From NCBI RefSeq assembly GCF_009914755.1, contig NC_060926.1: DNA of 64,000 bases. One strand, written 5' to 3'. The notes beneath the pieces were generated by a model. It saw only the letters and a program-made list of their open reading frames with translations, did not search any database and was not told where the DNA came from. The DNA comes from the human T2T-CHM13v2.0 reference genome, Homo sapiens. This document shows positions 13,340 through 29,880 of the stretch, piece after piece; position 1 is the stretch's first letter; every line of letters starts with the position of its first letter. The translations under genes and the position numbers were made by a program.

Positions 13340-13500
13340 AGGAAGAAAGTGAAAATTTATGACTGAATGCTTTCTAGGCATCCAGCCATGTCCTAGGTTC
13401 TTACACCAGCTTATTTTTTTTTTTCATCCTTGCAGCATCCTGGGAGATCAGTATTTTCATCCTCATTTTTATAGTTGAGGGAATTGAGGGCCTGAGGTTA
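13340..13500 (-). mobile_element. MIR fragment
   Basis: MIR core-like CATTTTTATAGTTGAGGGAATTGAGG. Confidence 0.6.
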
Positions 13501-13879
13501 TAGGATTCTTGCTAGTCCTCTTTCTCCCCCTGAAGTCCCCCTGCAATAGGGTAAGAAGTTCTAGTCCAAGCTTTCCTCTCTTCCATCTTCCAGGAAAGCG
13601 GAGAGACTGGAGCCCTGGTAGTGTGTGTTGGAGGGGAGAATGTGGGTCCCTTGGAAGGGAGTGGCTGGGGGCCCTGAGCTCTGGGGGATAATCCAGGCCA
13701 ACCCTGTGGTGCTCCTTTCCCAAAGCTCCATCAGAGACAAATAGAATTGTGACATATCCCCTTGTCCCTCCAGGGAAGGCTGCTCCCTCCTCAGTGGGTG
13801 TCACCTCCGTCTGCAGCTGTTTAGCTCTTCCTTCTGTGTCAACACTCCCCCCTTGTCTCTTTGTGAGAACTTCGGTTGT

Positions 13880-14214
<335 letters not shown>

Positions 14215-14731
14215 GGCTGTATTGTTTTCTATGTTTATTTAAAACTAAAAACTTGCAATGATGCGAGTTTGGAACTGCATGCCCCAGGAACATCTGGGCT
14301 CCTGAGTCACTGGAGAACAGCTTAGAGACAGGGTGGGGACAGTAAGCTAAGCTGGGAAGAGTGACTCAGAGATACCAGAGTCATCATGACCTGTCCAGAA
14401 GCAGAGGAAACAGCGACCCTGCAGATGGGCCAGAAGGAGCTGGGATTTTTCAAGTAGCAGGAGAAAGGATGCACCTCAGGTGGTGGGGGAAGTGACAGTG
14501 CAGAAAATGGTGCCCTCATGGAGCTATCCTGGCCAGCAGAGAGCCCCAGACCACATTCTGCCTGGCTTTACTGTGATTGCAGTGCATGGCTTATTTCTCC
14601 TGCTAGACTGGGGATGGGGCTGTGTTAAATGCACCTTTTGTATTGCCCACAGCACCTAACACAAAGCCAGACTCTGTTGATTGGATGGGTGAGTGAATGA
14701 AAAAGTACCATAGGCTTAAAAACCAGGCAGT

Positions 14732-15080
<349 letters not shown>

Positions 15081-15757
15081 CTACAGGTGACCCTGATGGG
15101 GCATGCAGAACCCAGAGCCGTGGAAATCACCTAAAAGGAGGGGACCACCTAAAAGGAGGGGACAGGAGAGCATCTGAGCAGACTGTCTGTTGCCTGGAGC
15201 AACAGGAGGACTCTCTGGGGTCAGCTGAAAGGGAAGCAGTCAGGGAACTTGCAAGGGGGGAGTACCACTCGGGCAAGGGCAGGAGAATAACAGGCGGTGC
15301 CCTGGAGGAACACTGCATGCTGCTGAGGAAGGAGGGCGGCCTTGGCGATGATGTCACCATGAAGCACTTGGAATTGAGACAGAACATTCTCACTTGGGGT
15401 CAGTTTGTACCCTCGTACTGAAAGTTACTCCCTGGTGCTATCTGTACTCATCATATTTTGACACACTTTAGAGTAACCCTTCCATCTCTCCCTGCTTCTT
15501 TTTGAATTTAAACATCAAGCATTTGAACACAAGTCTTCATGTCCATTTATCTCAGTGTAAAGAGGAACAACTGGGCTGGGCGTGGTGGCTCATGCCCTCT
15601 CTTGGTACTTGATATAGTCAGTTGCCTGACTGCAAACCCAGGCCTACCCTGGGTAGAAAGAAAAGGGAGTTGTGACAGTTGCCAGGAAGATTTCTCTGTG
15701 GAAGCAGCTGGTGTTTTTCTGAGTGGAAACTTTGTGGAGGGAACTAGCATTTAATTA

Positions 15758-16060
<303 letters not shown>

Positions 16061-16929
16061 TAGGAATAACTGATGGGATCACGTTGACTTTCCCATTCTC
16101 TCCTCATAGACATGTGCTCAACAACTGCCTCTAGAGAGGAAGCAGGCCTGGTGGTGGCAGCTGTGGAGTAGGGACACGGTGGCTGGGATGGGGGTGGAGT
16201 TAGGGAGTGGGAAGCCGGGGGTCTATCTCCTGCCCATGGGCTTTTCCTATCTAGCCACATGGTAGATGAGCCCGTGCTCCTGGCCAGTTCTGCCCTCCTT
16301 GCCTCCATTTCATTTCAGGATTCCTGGCCACTCTCTCTGGTTGCCAGCCCAGCACCAAGCCTCCCAGACATTGATTCTCTGCTGCTCTGTGGCATAGAAG
16401 ACTACAGTGATGGGCTCTGCAGACTTCACCTTGGAGTCCCCCTTTCATCCCTGCTCATTAGTCTCCTCCTTGGTTGTTTGGTTGAATGTTTCCTAATGCC
16501 AAGGGGTAGGGGCAACGTATGATATCTTCACTTTTTTACATCTCAGCATGACCCTGGCTTCCCCTCCTTCCTCCTTCCTGCTGCCTTGCCTTTTTACCCA
16601 TCTACCTCCTGCTCACAGGATGGACACTGCCTTGTCCCTAGCAGCTCCAGCAGCTCCCTTCTCCAAATGCCCCCCTTCTCTAGGTGGCCCTTTCCGTCAT
16701 GTCCTGGCCTTTGGATGTTGGTTCCCATAATGCAGATGAGAAGGTGGAGGCAGAGAGAGGGGAGGAAGCCGGCCAAGGCTGAACACTGAAGCACCCTCAG
16801 GGCCAAGGCAGGCATTCTCCTGCTGGATCGAAGGGCCCCTGGGAGACCCAGGATGCCCATGAAGAAGGTTCCCATCCCTGGGGCCCTGCTAAAGCTTCCC
16901 AGTGGGGGCCACATGTCTCCCACACTTCT

Positions 16930-17075
16930 AGGGCAGTGTTTCCCAAACTTACCTGACCATGAGGGGCACCTGAGGCTCTTGTCAAACGGTCACAGTTCTG
17001 AGTCCTTATTGCATTGGAATCCCCAGGTGCTGGAGGTGATTCTTATGAATAGGCAGGATGGGAAAATACTGCCTG
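16930..17075. mobile_element. MER5-like hAT DNA transposon fragment
   Basis: CAGTGTTTCCCAAACTT start and CAGGTG...GATTCTTATG...GGGAAATACTG end resemble MER5 termini. Confidence 0.5.
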
Positions 17076-17091
17076 ATGGCCTTGTTCCTCA

Positions 17092-17397
<306 letters not shown>

Positions 17398-18829
17398 TTA
17401 ACAAGATCCCAGGTGTTTTGTAGGCACAGGGGTGTCTCTGGGTTGGAAATTCTTCAAGGTGACACCTTGTGTCAGGGAGAAATGCAGGCCTTGTAACCTT
17501 GGTCCTGTCATTTCAGCAATCTGAGCTCTGGTCTTGCTCCTCTGTGAACTGGTGGTAACAACAGCTGGGCACTGGTTGTGATGACCAGATTGGATGTGGG
17601 GCTGGAAACATTTCACCAAGTTTAGAAATGTGGTCTGCCCCTGGTGTCTGGCCCTTGTCCTTGGCAGCTGCTCATTTCACTGTGGCCACCCCAGGACTCC
17701 CTATCCCATCTGTCTTCTCACAGGTGCTGCCCTCCCTGCCAGCCCCGGCCGCAGTGGGGCTCTTCGACTCTTGCAGGTAAACTCTTGAGAAGATGGCCAG
17801 CCTCTGGGGGGGGTCTCCGCCTTGGCCACAACCACAGCCCCTCCTTCCTACCCCCACCTCTGGTCATGGAAACCAGACACCCCAGTCACTCAATGGACAG
17901 ATGCTGAAGAACTTGGAGAATAATCACAGACAGAGCCCCCTTCCCAGAGGGACAGACCCATTGCCAAGGCCTCAGCCCAGAAGGACTATGCTGGTCCCAG
18001 AAACAGCCCACATAGAAATGGTTTGGACGATTGGCTGGCCTTGTAAGGGTGGCTGGACGGGGGCCAGCTGGTAAAACATCGCGGTGGTGAGGAAAGGTGC
18101 CTGGAGCTAATGTGTATAGATAGGAGTATCATTGTGCCACCGGGCCAGGCATTCCCCACCCAGCTGACCTGACTTATGGATGGAGGACAAGATGCTGCTG
18201 CTGCCAGCTTCCCCAGACCCCCAGACCATGCAGCACTTCCTGGCCTCAGACAGTTCCTCCTCTATGAAGATTTGTCCAATCAGAGCAGCCACAGGCTGCC
18301 CCAGCCTCTCTGTATTCACATCCTGGACCTTCCTGGCCTGACACCCTCAATTTTATACTGCATCTTGTTTGCTTCCATAAATGTCATCCTGTGTGTCAGA
18401 TCACATGTCCCCCTTTTTTTGGTCTCAGAAAATAAGATTGTTATATTTACATTACTTCATTGAGTTTTATTTTGTGGAAGGCAGAGGGAGAGCGTAAGTA
18501 ATGAGTTTGTTGTGTCTTGCTTTCCAACCCATTGTAGATTTCCTATTTTTTCTTTCCTGTTGTAAATGTTAATCAATCAATCTACAATCATGTATAATAA
18601 TAATGCTTATACTTTCGGTTAGTGGCTCTGAGTTCTACTGACTTAAGTCCCATACACCCACCAGCCTGGAATTCCTTCCAGTGGGGCTACCCCACAGCTT
18701 TCTGGGGCACAGCCTTGCTTTCTCTCACAGTCTGGTCACTGTTGAAAAAAGCCGACATTGTCTTCTTGATTCAAATAGGCCTTCTGGAAAACATTATTCT
18801 GAACAATCTCACAAAGATCTATAAAGAGT

Positions 18830-18867
18830 TTTCTTTCTTTCTTTCTTTTTCTTTCCTTCTTTCTTTC

Positions 18868-18959
<92 letters not shown>

Positions 18960-18962
18960 TTC
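18830..18962 (+). repeat. (TTTC)n tetranucleotide repeat derived from an Alu tail
   Basis: Direct inspection. Confidence 0.95.
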
Positions 18963-19244
18963 TGAGTTGGATTATCTTTCTGTCACCCAGGCTGGAGTGC
19001 AGTGGCATGATCTTGGCTTACTGCAACCTCCACTTCCCGGGTTAAAGTGATCCTCCTGCCTCAGCCTCCCAAGTAGCTGGGACTAGTGTGCCCACCACCA
19101 TGCCTGGCTAATTTCTGTATTTTTAGTAGAGATGGGGTTTCATCATGTTGGCCAGACTAGTCTTGAACTCCTGGCCTTAAGTAATTCACCCGCTTCAGCC
19201 TCCCAAAGTGCTGGAATTACAGGCATGAGCCACCGCACCCAGCC
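18963..19244 (-). mobile_element. Alu
   Basis: Antisense Alu body attached to the (TTTC)n tail. Confidence 0.93.
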
Positions 19245-19644
19245 AAGTGTTTTCAAAAATTGTGAACCAAACACCCAGCACCTTAAAGTATGTGAGAAGT
19301 TTAACATTCCACAATTAGACCACTTGATCTCCACAAGGGGGATACTGTGATCCCAGGAGAGCCCTGCCCGGGAAGCCTGGATTGTTCTAAAGCTTGGAAG
19401 TGACATCCCAGGTCCACACTGTAGGTTTCCTCTCAGCTCTGGGTCTGGGGGCCTTTGTCATGGCTGCAACTTGCAGAGAGGTGTCTTAGGACTGGGATGC
19501 CGCTGGCTGAGGCCCTCTTGAGGGTCCTTTTTCCCTTTCTACAGCCACATATTGGATTCTCTTATCGGAGCTTGGCAAGCTCTTCCCAGGGGATTTGCTG
19601 TTCCTGGCTACTTCCTCTCTTCCTCCTCTCCCCTTCCTTCTTAA

Positions 19645-19999
<355 letters not shown>

Positions 20000-20149
20000 G
20001 TTCTTCCCCCTTTTCTTGCCCTTCCCTCATCTGCCTTTCTGGACAGCCCCGCCCAGTGTTCCCTCTCCCTGGGGTCTGTGTTCCATGTGACAGCCCCCTG
20101 CAGGTGGAGGAGCCAGCTCCCCGTGTCCTTGCCTCCCCAGTGCTCCAGC

Positions 20150-20570
20150 CTCCCTGCCTGGCTCAGCCGCCTCGGCAGATGCAGGCACCCCCTGCATTGT
20201 TTCCTGTCCTGAAGACGAGCAGCTGCCTCACTAATTGCCACCAGCAGGGGGGCCGGGCTGTGCTCGCACTCCTCCTGCCGATTAGGGGGCGACAGGGGGG
20301 CGGTGGGGGGGGCAGTTTTCAGGAGCCGAATGAGCTGAGCCAGTGTTGAGCATTATTCCAGGAATTTTAAACACTCGTTAAAGGCTTTGCCATGTCTCAC
20401 TTCAGTACACATCATGCTCCAGTTACTGCTGGGAACTGCGGGGGCATCAGCCCGGGCAGCACTTATCAATATTTTAGCACGAGAAAGGCAAATGATGTTG
20501 AAACATTGAACTATATTTCCATCTGTTCAAACTGAAATGGAACAAGCTTAGCTCAGGAAATGGAATCTCT
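20150..20570. promoter_or_regulatory. Putative enhancer (ETS core, homeodomain, ONECUT-like and CTCF-like motifs)
   Basis: TTTCCTG at 20200-20206, CTAATTG at 20231-20237, CCAGCAGGGGGGC at 20241-20253 and ATCAATA at 20465-20471, in repeat-free unique sequence. Confidence 0.5.
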
Positions 20571-22519
20571 CCTCCCCAGCTGCCTTGGAAGCAGCAATAC
20601 CCACTGGCCTGGCCTTGGCCCTTGCCTCAGTTTCCCCTTCACCTCTCTTCTCGATTAGTCCCCAGTGTTCATAGCTTATGGGCATGATATTGAGCAGGTG
20701 TTAGGTTTGTGGGTAGAGCCGGAGTGGTGGCACCTCAAAGAACCTGAGAGGGACCCCCGTTCTTGTTAAAACGTGCCTTCCCCATTGACTGACAGAGAAC
20801 AGTGGGGTCAAATGCGGTCTGTCTTAGTGCCAGGGGACATCCTCTCCATCCCCTGCACGGGCCTGTTTCAGTGTCTCTGGACTGTCCGTCCTGCAGGAAG
20901 ACCCAGGATGGCTGGCTGGATGTGAAAAGGAAAGCACTGACCATATACAGGTGGACGAACACCGTAAATACCACACACAAATAAAGCATTTATGGTAGAA
21001 CCCTGTTTCCCCTGGAACAAAACAGAATTTATTGGCAGGAAAGAAACTTAAGAAATATTGGCATTCAGTTGTCTGGGAAGAACAGAGAAGTTTCTACAGT
21101 GTGGAAAGCAGGGTGGCTGATGTGGGTGGAGATGAGTCATCTCATGTGATTTAGGGGAGAGCCCATGGGATGTCTCCTCCAGCAGGGCCCCCAAAAGGCC
21201 TGTGGTTAACAGTATTCAAGGAAGAAGGAACCCTTTTGTCCCCAGCCCTAAAGCAGAATGGGGGATTGCTTCTTCCCATTTCCCCTCAGACTCTCTTTTG
21301 GCAACCTCTCCCTTTGAGGCTGTTCAGTTTAATTTGGTTCATCTGCAGGGAAATAGGGGTGGGGTGGGTGAAGGGCATGTGGTAAGAGATGGGCCCAGAG
21401 CCTGCATTCCCCAAGACTCACCCTGCTAAGAGGGGTCCTGGGGACTGGTGTGGGGTATATACTTTTTGTTTCTGGCATCAACTGAAGAATAATTGCAAGA
21501 CATTCGTCACCCAGGCCCCCATGCAGGCAGCTAGGCTGGTGACAACTTGCCTTTTGGGGAAGGGGTTTCCACTGTGACAACTGTAGCAGCAGCAGAGAGG
21601 CTCTTGTCTGTCACAGGAGATCGAGGGCTGCAAAAGCCCGAGAACCCACTGATTTCATCCCTCTCTCTTTTTGCAGACAAGGCCACCTACATCCCAAGCC
21701 AGCTGGAGGAGCAGCTTCCAGTCTTCAGAGATGGGCCCCTCTTCTTCAGTTGGCCTTGGTAGTCAGGACAGAGGACAGAGGGATATATTGTAACATATAT
21801 TGTAAAATTTGAGCCACATACACGGGATAAATGACAACGCAAATAATCATCTCAGAAAAGAAATCTGACATCCGACGACTTAGAGGCCAGAGCCATTGCT
21901 GACGCTCCTGGGGAGGAACATTCTTTGCAAGCATTTGTGCCTCAGTGAGGGTGGTGGGGAGCCAGCAAAGTGCTGGGCTCTGCAGAAATCTAGGGGGCTG
22001 CCTGGGTGATGTACAAATGCAGACCTATTACATCAATAGAAAAATGTAATGTGTTCATTACTATCAAGGCGGAGTGCTTTTTAAATTCACCATTTCTGAA
22101 AGACTCAGGATTAATGTCAAACTGTATGAAAAGACCCAGCCTTTCACCTTTCTTTCTCTTGACCATAGAATGCGGGTCTAGTAGGGGGAGAGCAAAGGGG
22201 GCACTTTAGAAGAATTGTGAAGCAAGCACAGACAGGGTCACAGAGAGCCCTGGTATAGCAGAGGTCCACCCCCACCCTGGTGTCCTCATACACATTATCG
22301 CACTAAGGAACTAGGCAGAACTCTAAGAAGGGCTGGTGAAGGAGAGAAGACACGGGGACTCAGCACATTGGCTGTGCTGACATATGTGAGCCTGAGTTGG
22401 AAGATGGCATGAATTAAGACTGAAGCCAAGACCCCCTCCCTCAAAAACAGCACTTATAGATGTTAGAGGGCAGAAAGGCAAAGTCAGAGGAAGCCTAAGG
22501 TTAAGTGAGTACGTACCCT

Positions 22520-22745
22520 GCACCGGGCACTATCCAAGGTACTTTACATGAATTCTTAAAGAGCTTCTGAGATATAAATATTATTATAAAACCCATTTGA
22601 CTAATGGAAACCTGAGGGTCAGAGAGGTTAAATAATGCACTAAATGACATACTTGAGGTCACCGAGATAGAGAGTGGCATATTCAGAATCGGAAACTAAA
22701 TCTGTAATACCTCCCAGGCTCATGTTCCTTTTATGCCACATGCCA
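22520..22745 (-). mobile_element. MIR
   Basis: CCCATTTGACTAATGGAAACCTGAGGGTCAGAGAGGTTAAAT resembles the MIR core. Confidence 0.7.
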
Positions 22746-23868
22746 TGTGTAGCCCCAATGTCAAGGGCTAGGGGTGGGGAAAAAGAGCAGACAGCAGGCA
22801 GGATGAGACTCCCTGGAGGTCTGAGGGAAGGAACATCCTGGTGTAGGAATATTGTGCCTGCAAGGTTGCTGAGATATGTCTGTACACAGCCTGGTGAATC
22901 TGGAAGTGTTGAAGAAATGGCTTTTGTTTTGTTTTGTTTTGTTTTTTTAAACAGGAGCCAGAAACCAGAGGGATCCCTAAGAGGACGAAGACAGCTGCAG
23001 AGCAAGTCCAGGTTACCCTGAAACTGAAGGTGTGAAGGTGCAAGCTCAGAGCCCAAACCCAAAGGCCACCATACAGATGGGGAACTGGTGGGACACCAGC
23101 ATTCCTGGGGCTCAGTGTGAGTGCAGGCAGCATGGACAGGGGGTGACAACATACAGTGAGGGTGGGGGCAGGCCATGTCCTGGCTTCATGAGACAGGCTA
23201 ATGTTGTTTGCATGCCCAGCTATTTACAATCAGGAGACTGAACTGTGACTCTGCAGAGGCTTATACCAGCTATATACAGGAGCCCTTTTTCTTGTATGCT
23301 TTGCCCACTGTAGACACTCACGACTGTAGGGATCCCAGGTAGGAAGGTAATGAGGGAGACTAGGCTCCATCTAGCAACCATATGTGCAGAAATGACAAAG
23401 AAAACAGGACCTAGAGTTTGGAGAGAGGGTAGGTGGGGTTCTTCTGACTTCTCAGAGTACAGAGTCACATGGTTTCCCAGAAAGCAAGGTTCACAGGACA
23501 CATGCATATGGACATGAACACAAGAAGAGTCTCGATCATAAGGCTGGGCCTCCAGGAACCTGAGGAAAGCTGCCCAGCCATGCCTCATGGAGAGTGAATG
23601 TTTAAAAATCAGAAGGTCATTCAAGACTGAGGACATCTCCGGAACCAGGTTTTAAGGCTGTCCTCTTAGCGGGTGGGTTTTGTCCACTCTTCAGCTCCAC
23701 CGCTGACATTATCAGACTTTTTCCTGTAGGCACCAGAGTCACGGGGCCTATGACAATGTTTCAGATCTTGAAAATACATTATGAGTCCAAAATATGAAAC
23801 AAGAACTATAAAAATCCCATTGATACACATTTTATTAGTATACCCAAAGTTCATTAATTTAATATTTG

Positions 23869-24172
23869 TGCTGGGTGTGGTGGCTTTACACCTGTAATCT
23901 CGGTGCTTTGGGAGGCCAAGGTTGGAGGACTGCTTGAAGCCAGGAGTTTGAGACCTGCCTGGGCGACACAGGGAGACCCCACATCTCTACAAAAAATAAA
24001 GATAAAAATTAGCTGGGCGCAGTTGTGTTTGCCTGTTGTCCCACCTACTCGGGAGGCGGAAGTGGGAGGATCGCTTGAGCCCAGGAGTTTCAAGTGCAAT
24101 GAGCCATGATCCCTTCACTGCCCTACAGCCTGGGCAACAGAGCAAAACACTGTCACTAATAAATAAATAAAT
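23869..24172 (+). mobile_element. Alu (AluJ-like)
   Basis: Diverged dimer with GGAGGATCGCTTGAGCCCAGGAG and a (TAAA)n tail. Confidence 0.9.
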
Positions 24173-24409
24173 ATTTAATATTTGTAAAATATTTGAAATC
24201 AAATTGTAAGTTAGGATCTCATATTTCCCAAATATGCCCAATGATTGAGACATCAAAGCCAATCATAAATGAAATGTGTCAAGATTCTATACACAGAAAA
24301 TTGTAAGCAGGAAACTTAATGTGAGCATGGTGACATTTTAGTGTGTTTGATGTGCAGCCTCTGAAGCTCTTCAAATTGGCCTGGAGGAGATTCAGCACCT
24401 TATGTGAGT

Positions 24410-25260
24410 CAATTCAACATTGTTTATTAAGCACCTACTATGTACTAGGCATTGTTACAGAAACTTGAGTGACATCGATGGACCCAAAAAAGATGTGTCC
24501 TCATCTCTAAAGGGAAACAGTGAAAAGGAAGCAAAATCAATAAGTAAAACATGTAGTGTGTTTGAAGGTAACAAGGAATAATAAAAAGTGAGGCCAGGTA
24601 AGGGGACCAGGAGGGGTGGGGTGGGGTGGGGTGGGAGAAAGCAGTGGCAAGAAATGGAGTTGTCAGTTTAGGCCTCTGTTAAAAAGTGAGATGTGAGAAG
24701 GACTTGAAGAAGGTGAGCCAAGGAAATATCTGGAAGGAATGTGTTCCAAGAAGGGCGAACAGCTACAATAAAGGCCTAAGATATGCCTGCTGTGCTTGAG
24801 GAACAGCAAGGGGGCCAGTGTAACTTGAAGTGGGAGGCACAGAAACAATGTTGGGTCAGGGTGCAGGTCCGCCAGGCCCTACAGGTCATCACAGGGAATT
24901 GCTTCACACTCAAGGAAATTGGGGACCGTAGGAAGTTCTGCGCAAGTGGAAGGTGGGAGCTGCCATTGGCAGGAACTGGGAGAGTTGAGGGTGAGAGTGA
25001 GGCATGTTTGGGGTAGGAACAGGAGCAATCAGGATTTCAGGTTGGACATGTTGAGTCTGAGCATCTGTGAAACATTCAGATAGAGAGGTTAAGTGGGCAG
25101 TTGGGCCTATGAGTAGGAGCTCGGGAGAGGTGGACAGGTTCGAGTTTTCGGCAGATTTTATAGAGATGATGTTTAAGGCCACAGAGTGGGATGACCTCAC
25201 TAAGGGAGAGTGGAGAAGGAGAAAAGAAAAGGAAAAAGGCCAGAACCCTGGGCACTCCGA
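24410..25260 (-). mobile_element. L2 LINE fragment(s)
   Basis: L2 3'-end signature ATTCAACATTGTTTATTAAGCACCTACTATGT, plus the internal L2 motif TTGGACATGTTGAGTCTGAG. Confidence 0.7.
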
Positions 25261-25429
25261 CTGTTATGGGCTGGGGAGAAGAGAGACGAGGAAGAGCCAG
25301 CAAAACAAGCTGATGCGTGACCGGGGACACAGGAGGAAAACCAAGAGAGTGTTGTCCAGGAAGTCAACGCAGCACAGGAAGGCAGAGGGCTGCCATGATG
25401 AACATACAGGAATGCAAGTGCAGGTCTGA

Positions 25430-25770
<341 letters not shown>

Positions 25771-27077
25771 CATCATTGTTATTTGAATTACTGTACGAGT
25801 AGTGTTACGTGAGCACTGCGTGAGCGGAGGAAGGTGGAAGGCCTGGCAGAGAAACGAGCTCTTTGCTAATCAGATTATCATGGCTAAGAATCTACAGTCA
25901 ACCAGAGTCTGATGGAGGGGCATCTTTGCTTAGCTACTCGCAGATTAAAGCAATTCTGCCCTGAGGAAAAGGTCCCAGGTTTAGAGACAGGGCCTTTCTG
26001 CTCCTTCCGGCCCCCTGCATTCCCCACGGTGGGGAATCTGCAGGCAGGACACTGTTCTGCTGGTGCTCGGTATTGTCCCCCGGCTTGAGCTGTCAGATGA
26101 TTCCCTGGACCCCTTTTGACCTCTGCCTTTGACCTGGGGATCAGGTGATGTGTGACTGGAGGCAGGTCTGCGCATCCTCTGAGGTGACAGCTCACTTGAG
26201 CTCCCCCTTGTCTCTGCCTGTCACCAGGAGAAAACACCCCCTGTTGGGTTTTCTAAACACGCATCAGCTTGGGCGGTGACCCAGCCATAGACACTGAGGA
26301 GCGGCTGAAGCAAGGTGTGGCGAAGGTTCCAGCAGAGCCTGGGGAAGGGCCCCCAGAAAGTCAGATTCTCCCCAAGGCCATCTCTGGAGCTTGGCTTGAG
26401 TGTGGTTGTCTGCCAGGCTCTGGGGGCCCTGCAGTGGTGACCCATGGGCCATTTTTGGAGCCCAGACAACTGGAGAGATCATCAGACGGTTTGCTGGCTG
26501 TCTCATGAGGCTGCACGTGTAGCTCTGCCATCCGTCCGTGTGTCCTCGGCAGCTTGCACATGCCCGTAAGTGCTCAATGTGGGACGCCCATGAAGCCCGG
26601 AATGCACGACCCTCTCACTGCCACCCGATCCTTAACCCTCCCAGGCAAGATCTCCAGCAGGGATGGCACTCTCCCATCTCAGCTCTTGTTCCTAGATGTA
26701 TTCACTTGCTATAGGATTCTGTGCTTTTACTGAGATGCTCCTTGAAGCAAGGGAGCTTCACAGTTAAGGGTCTGTGTTTTTAACATGCGTTGGAGGTGAT
26801 TCTCATGTGCAGCCGATCTGGGACCTTCAAGTATACCCAGACCTTCCTGCCTGGGGAAGTGCTGACTGGCAGTACCAGTGATTGTTCTGTAGGCTAAATG
26901 AGTCCCCAGGTGGGACAGGGAGCGAGATGGGGTGAAAAAGTGCCAGAAAACTCCTCTGTCCCCAAAGATGCCCTCATCTAACCTGCCAATCCCACCTTCA
27001 ATCCCACCATGGGGGATCACTCAAGCCTGTGGGGCTGAGTGCTGTCCTCTCTAGAACCTCTTAGAAATGCAGCTCTC

Positions 27078-27832
<755 letters not shown>

Positions 27833-29503
27833 TCATACCTGCCACATACTGGGAGCCCAGAGTCCTCCCACTCCAGCCCAGCCCAGTCCAGGGCCACCAG
27901 CTCTTAGGTTCTGAAGTAGCCCTTTGAGAGGGTGAGGGTGACATGCCATGTCTCTCTGTTCCCATCCTCCTGCCAGTCTTCTCTCCACCCTAGCATTTCA
28001 GGCAAAGGAACAGAAAGCCAGTCTGTGCCCCCACCTGACACTCTCTCCAGGAAGTGTCAGGGAGTGGGCTCTGCTGCCTGGCCCCTCACGCCAGGCTTCA
28101 GGATGAAAGGAAACTCCAGAATGACAGTTTGGGATTATCTAGTGCCCTGGGCCAGATAGTCTCCTGTGAGGATTAGTGGCATCTTTGAAAAGCAGCGGCC
28201 ACTCCTTTACACAATACCTCCTCTTCAGGGGATCTCCTCCCACTCTCCCATACAGGGAGCTCTGAATCTGCAGAGGACAGCTTATCTTGGAACACCTTTG
28301 GGATGGGAAACTGATCACCTTTCAAGGAAGCCCAGTCCATCTGCATCTGTGCTAGAAAGTTCTTCCTTCTACCGACTCAGAAGCAGTCTCCCTGCTGTTT
28401 CCTCCTTGCATCACGGAGCAAAGCCTGCTGCTTTTTCCAGGAGCAGTGGGGGCACGAAATGTCCTATTGTTTACGTACCCAAAGAGTGCTTGCTCTAAGC
28501 TCCTTCTCCACGAGAACTCTGCAGCTGCCGCTGACCACAGGATGCTCGTTTGGACAATGAAGCCCCTTTCTAATGGGAGGATACTTTCAGGATTGTTGCC
28601 CCTAGTGAGCTTCCTACTCCTCCCCTTCCGGTTGCCCCCGGTGTGCCCTCAGGCTCCTGGCAACTCCACTGCTTCACTCAGCCATCACTCCAACTAGCTT
28701 TCTATATCTCCATGCCCCTGTGTTCAGTCCTAAGTGGAGCTACTGGATATTTGAGCCTCTCACTCAGCAAGCCTTGGAGCTCCTTCCCTTAAGCCCTACT
28801 AGCACCCTTCCCCCATGCATGTAGGTCCCGGGGCCCAGCCACCACTGCAGGCATGGAGGAAGGGGGTGGGCAGTGCACAGGTATCCATGGCAAAGGGCCA
28901 GCGGGCTGTATCTGTGGAAACAGAATCTGTAGCCTCCCTCACTGATCCTCTCTGAATCCCCAGCGCTGGAGGGTGTAATTTTTTATTGTGAAATATATAT
29001 TACAAAAAATTTGACATCTATCTTAGTCCATTTTCTGCTGCCATATCAGAATACTTGAGCCTGGGTGATAAAGAAAAGTAGTATATTTGGCTCACTCACC
29101 GTTCTGGTAGCTGGAAAGTCCAAGATCAGGTCTCTGATGAACCAGGGTGACACCAACCAGGAAGCCTGGTATTTTGCAAGAGACAGTGTCTTAACCCAAA
29201 GCAATGCATCTATAACCGGGGAATGTCAGGCACCGGTAATGGACAAAAGAGAGATTTGGGGTGAAGGGTCCTCAAATCATACCTCTTGGCAGTTACCTAT
29301 TTTGATAGACTCAGAAGCCCCAGATTAGGGAAGGTGAAAGTCATTTACTCTAGTACCTCTTCCAGTCCCAAATCCTCTTGAGCTCACCCAGCCTCTGCCT
29401 GATCACCTCCAGTGACTGAGAACTCGTCACTTCCAAACCAGCCCAGCCATCTCTGGACTCACCTCTGAAGAGTTCTTTCTTCCTGACTCAAAGTCTGTTC
29501 CTA

Positions 29504-29520
29504 TAGCGCCCTCTATGGGT
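29504..29520 (-). promoter_or_regulatory. CTCF-like motif (reverse orientation)
   Basis: Minus strand reads ACCCATAGAGGGCGCTA, with two deviations in the 5' part of the core. Confidence 0.35.
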
Positions 29521-29880
29521 CCCTTATCTACCCCTGGGGCTTCCTCAGGATGAATCCCATCCCATTCCTAGAAGTAGTGAGGTACCCCTTGAATTAAAGA
29601 CCAGCATTCAGTCACTCTGAGGCATTCTGTTTTCGTGTAACATCCTGAGCTTTGGAAACTCTTCGTTCTAGAACCCCATTTTGGTCTAAGGTGTCCCTTG
29701 CCTAGACCTGACCACAGAATCTCAGTCCAGCCACAGCCACAGGGGCCTGTTTTGCCGGAGGTGGCTTGGTCCTTCTCCTCTCCTAGTCCCAGTGCTGAGA
29801 AGGGTGTGGAGGAGGAAGGGAGAAACACCAGACTCTGCTGAGTGCCGGCAGTTGTGGAGTTATGTTCTGTGCTAGGCTTT

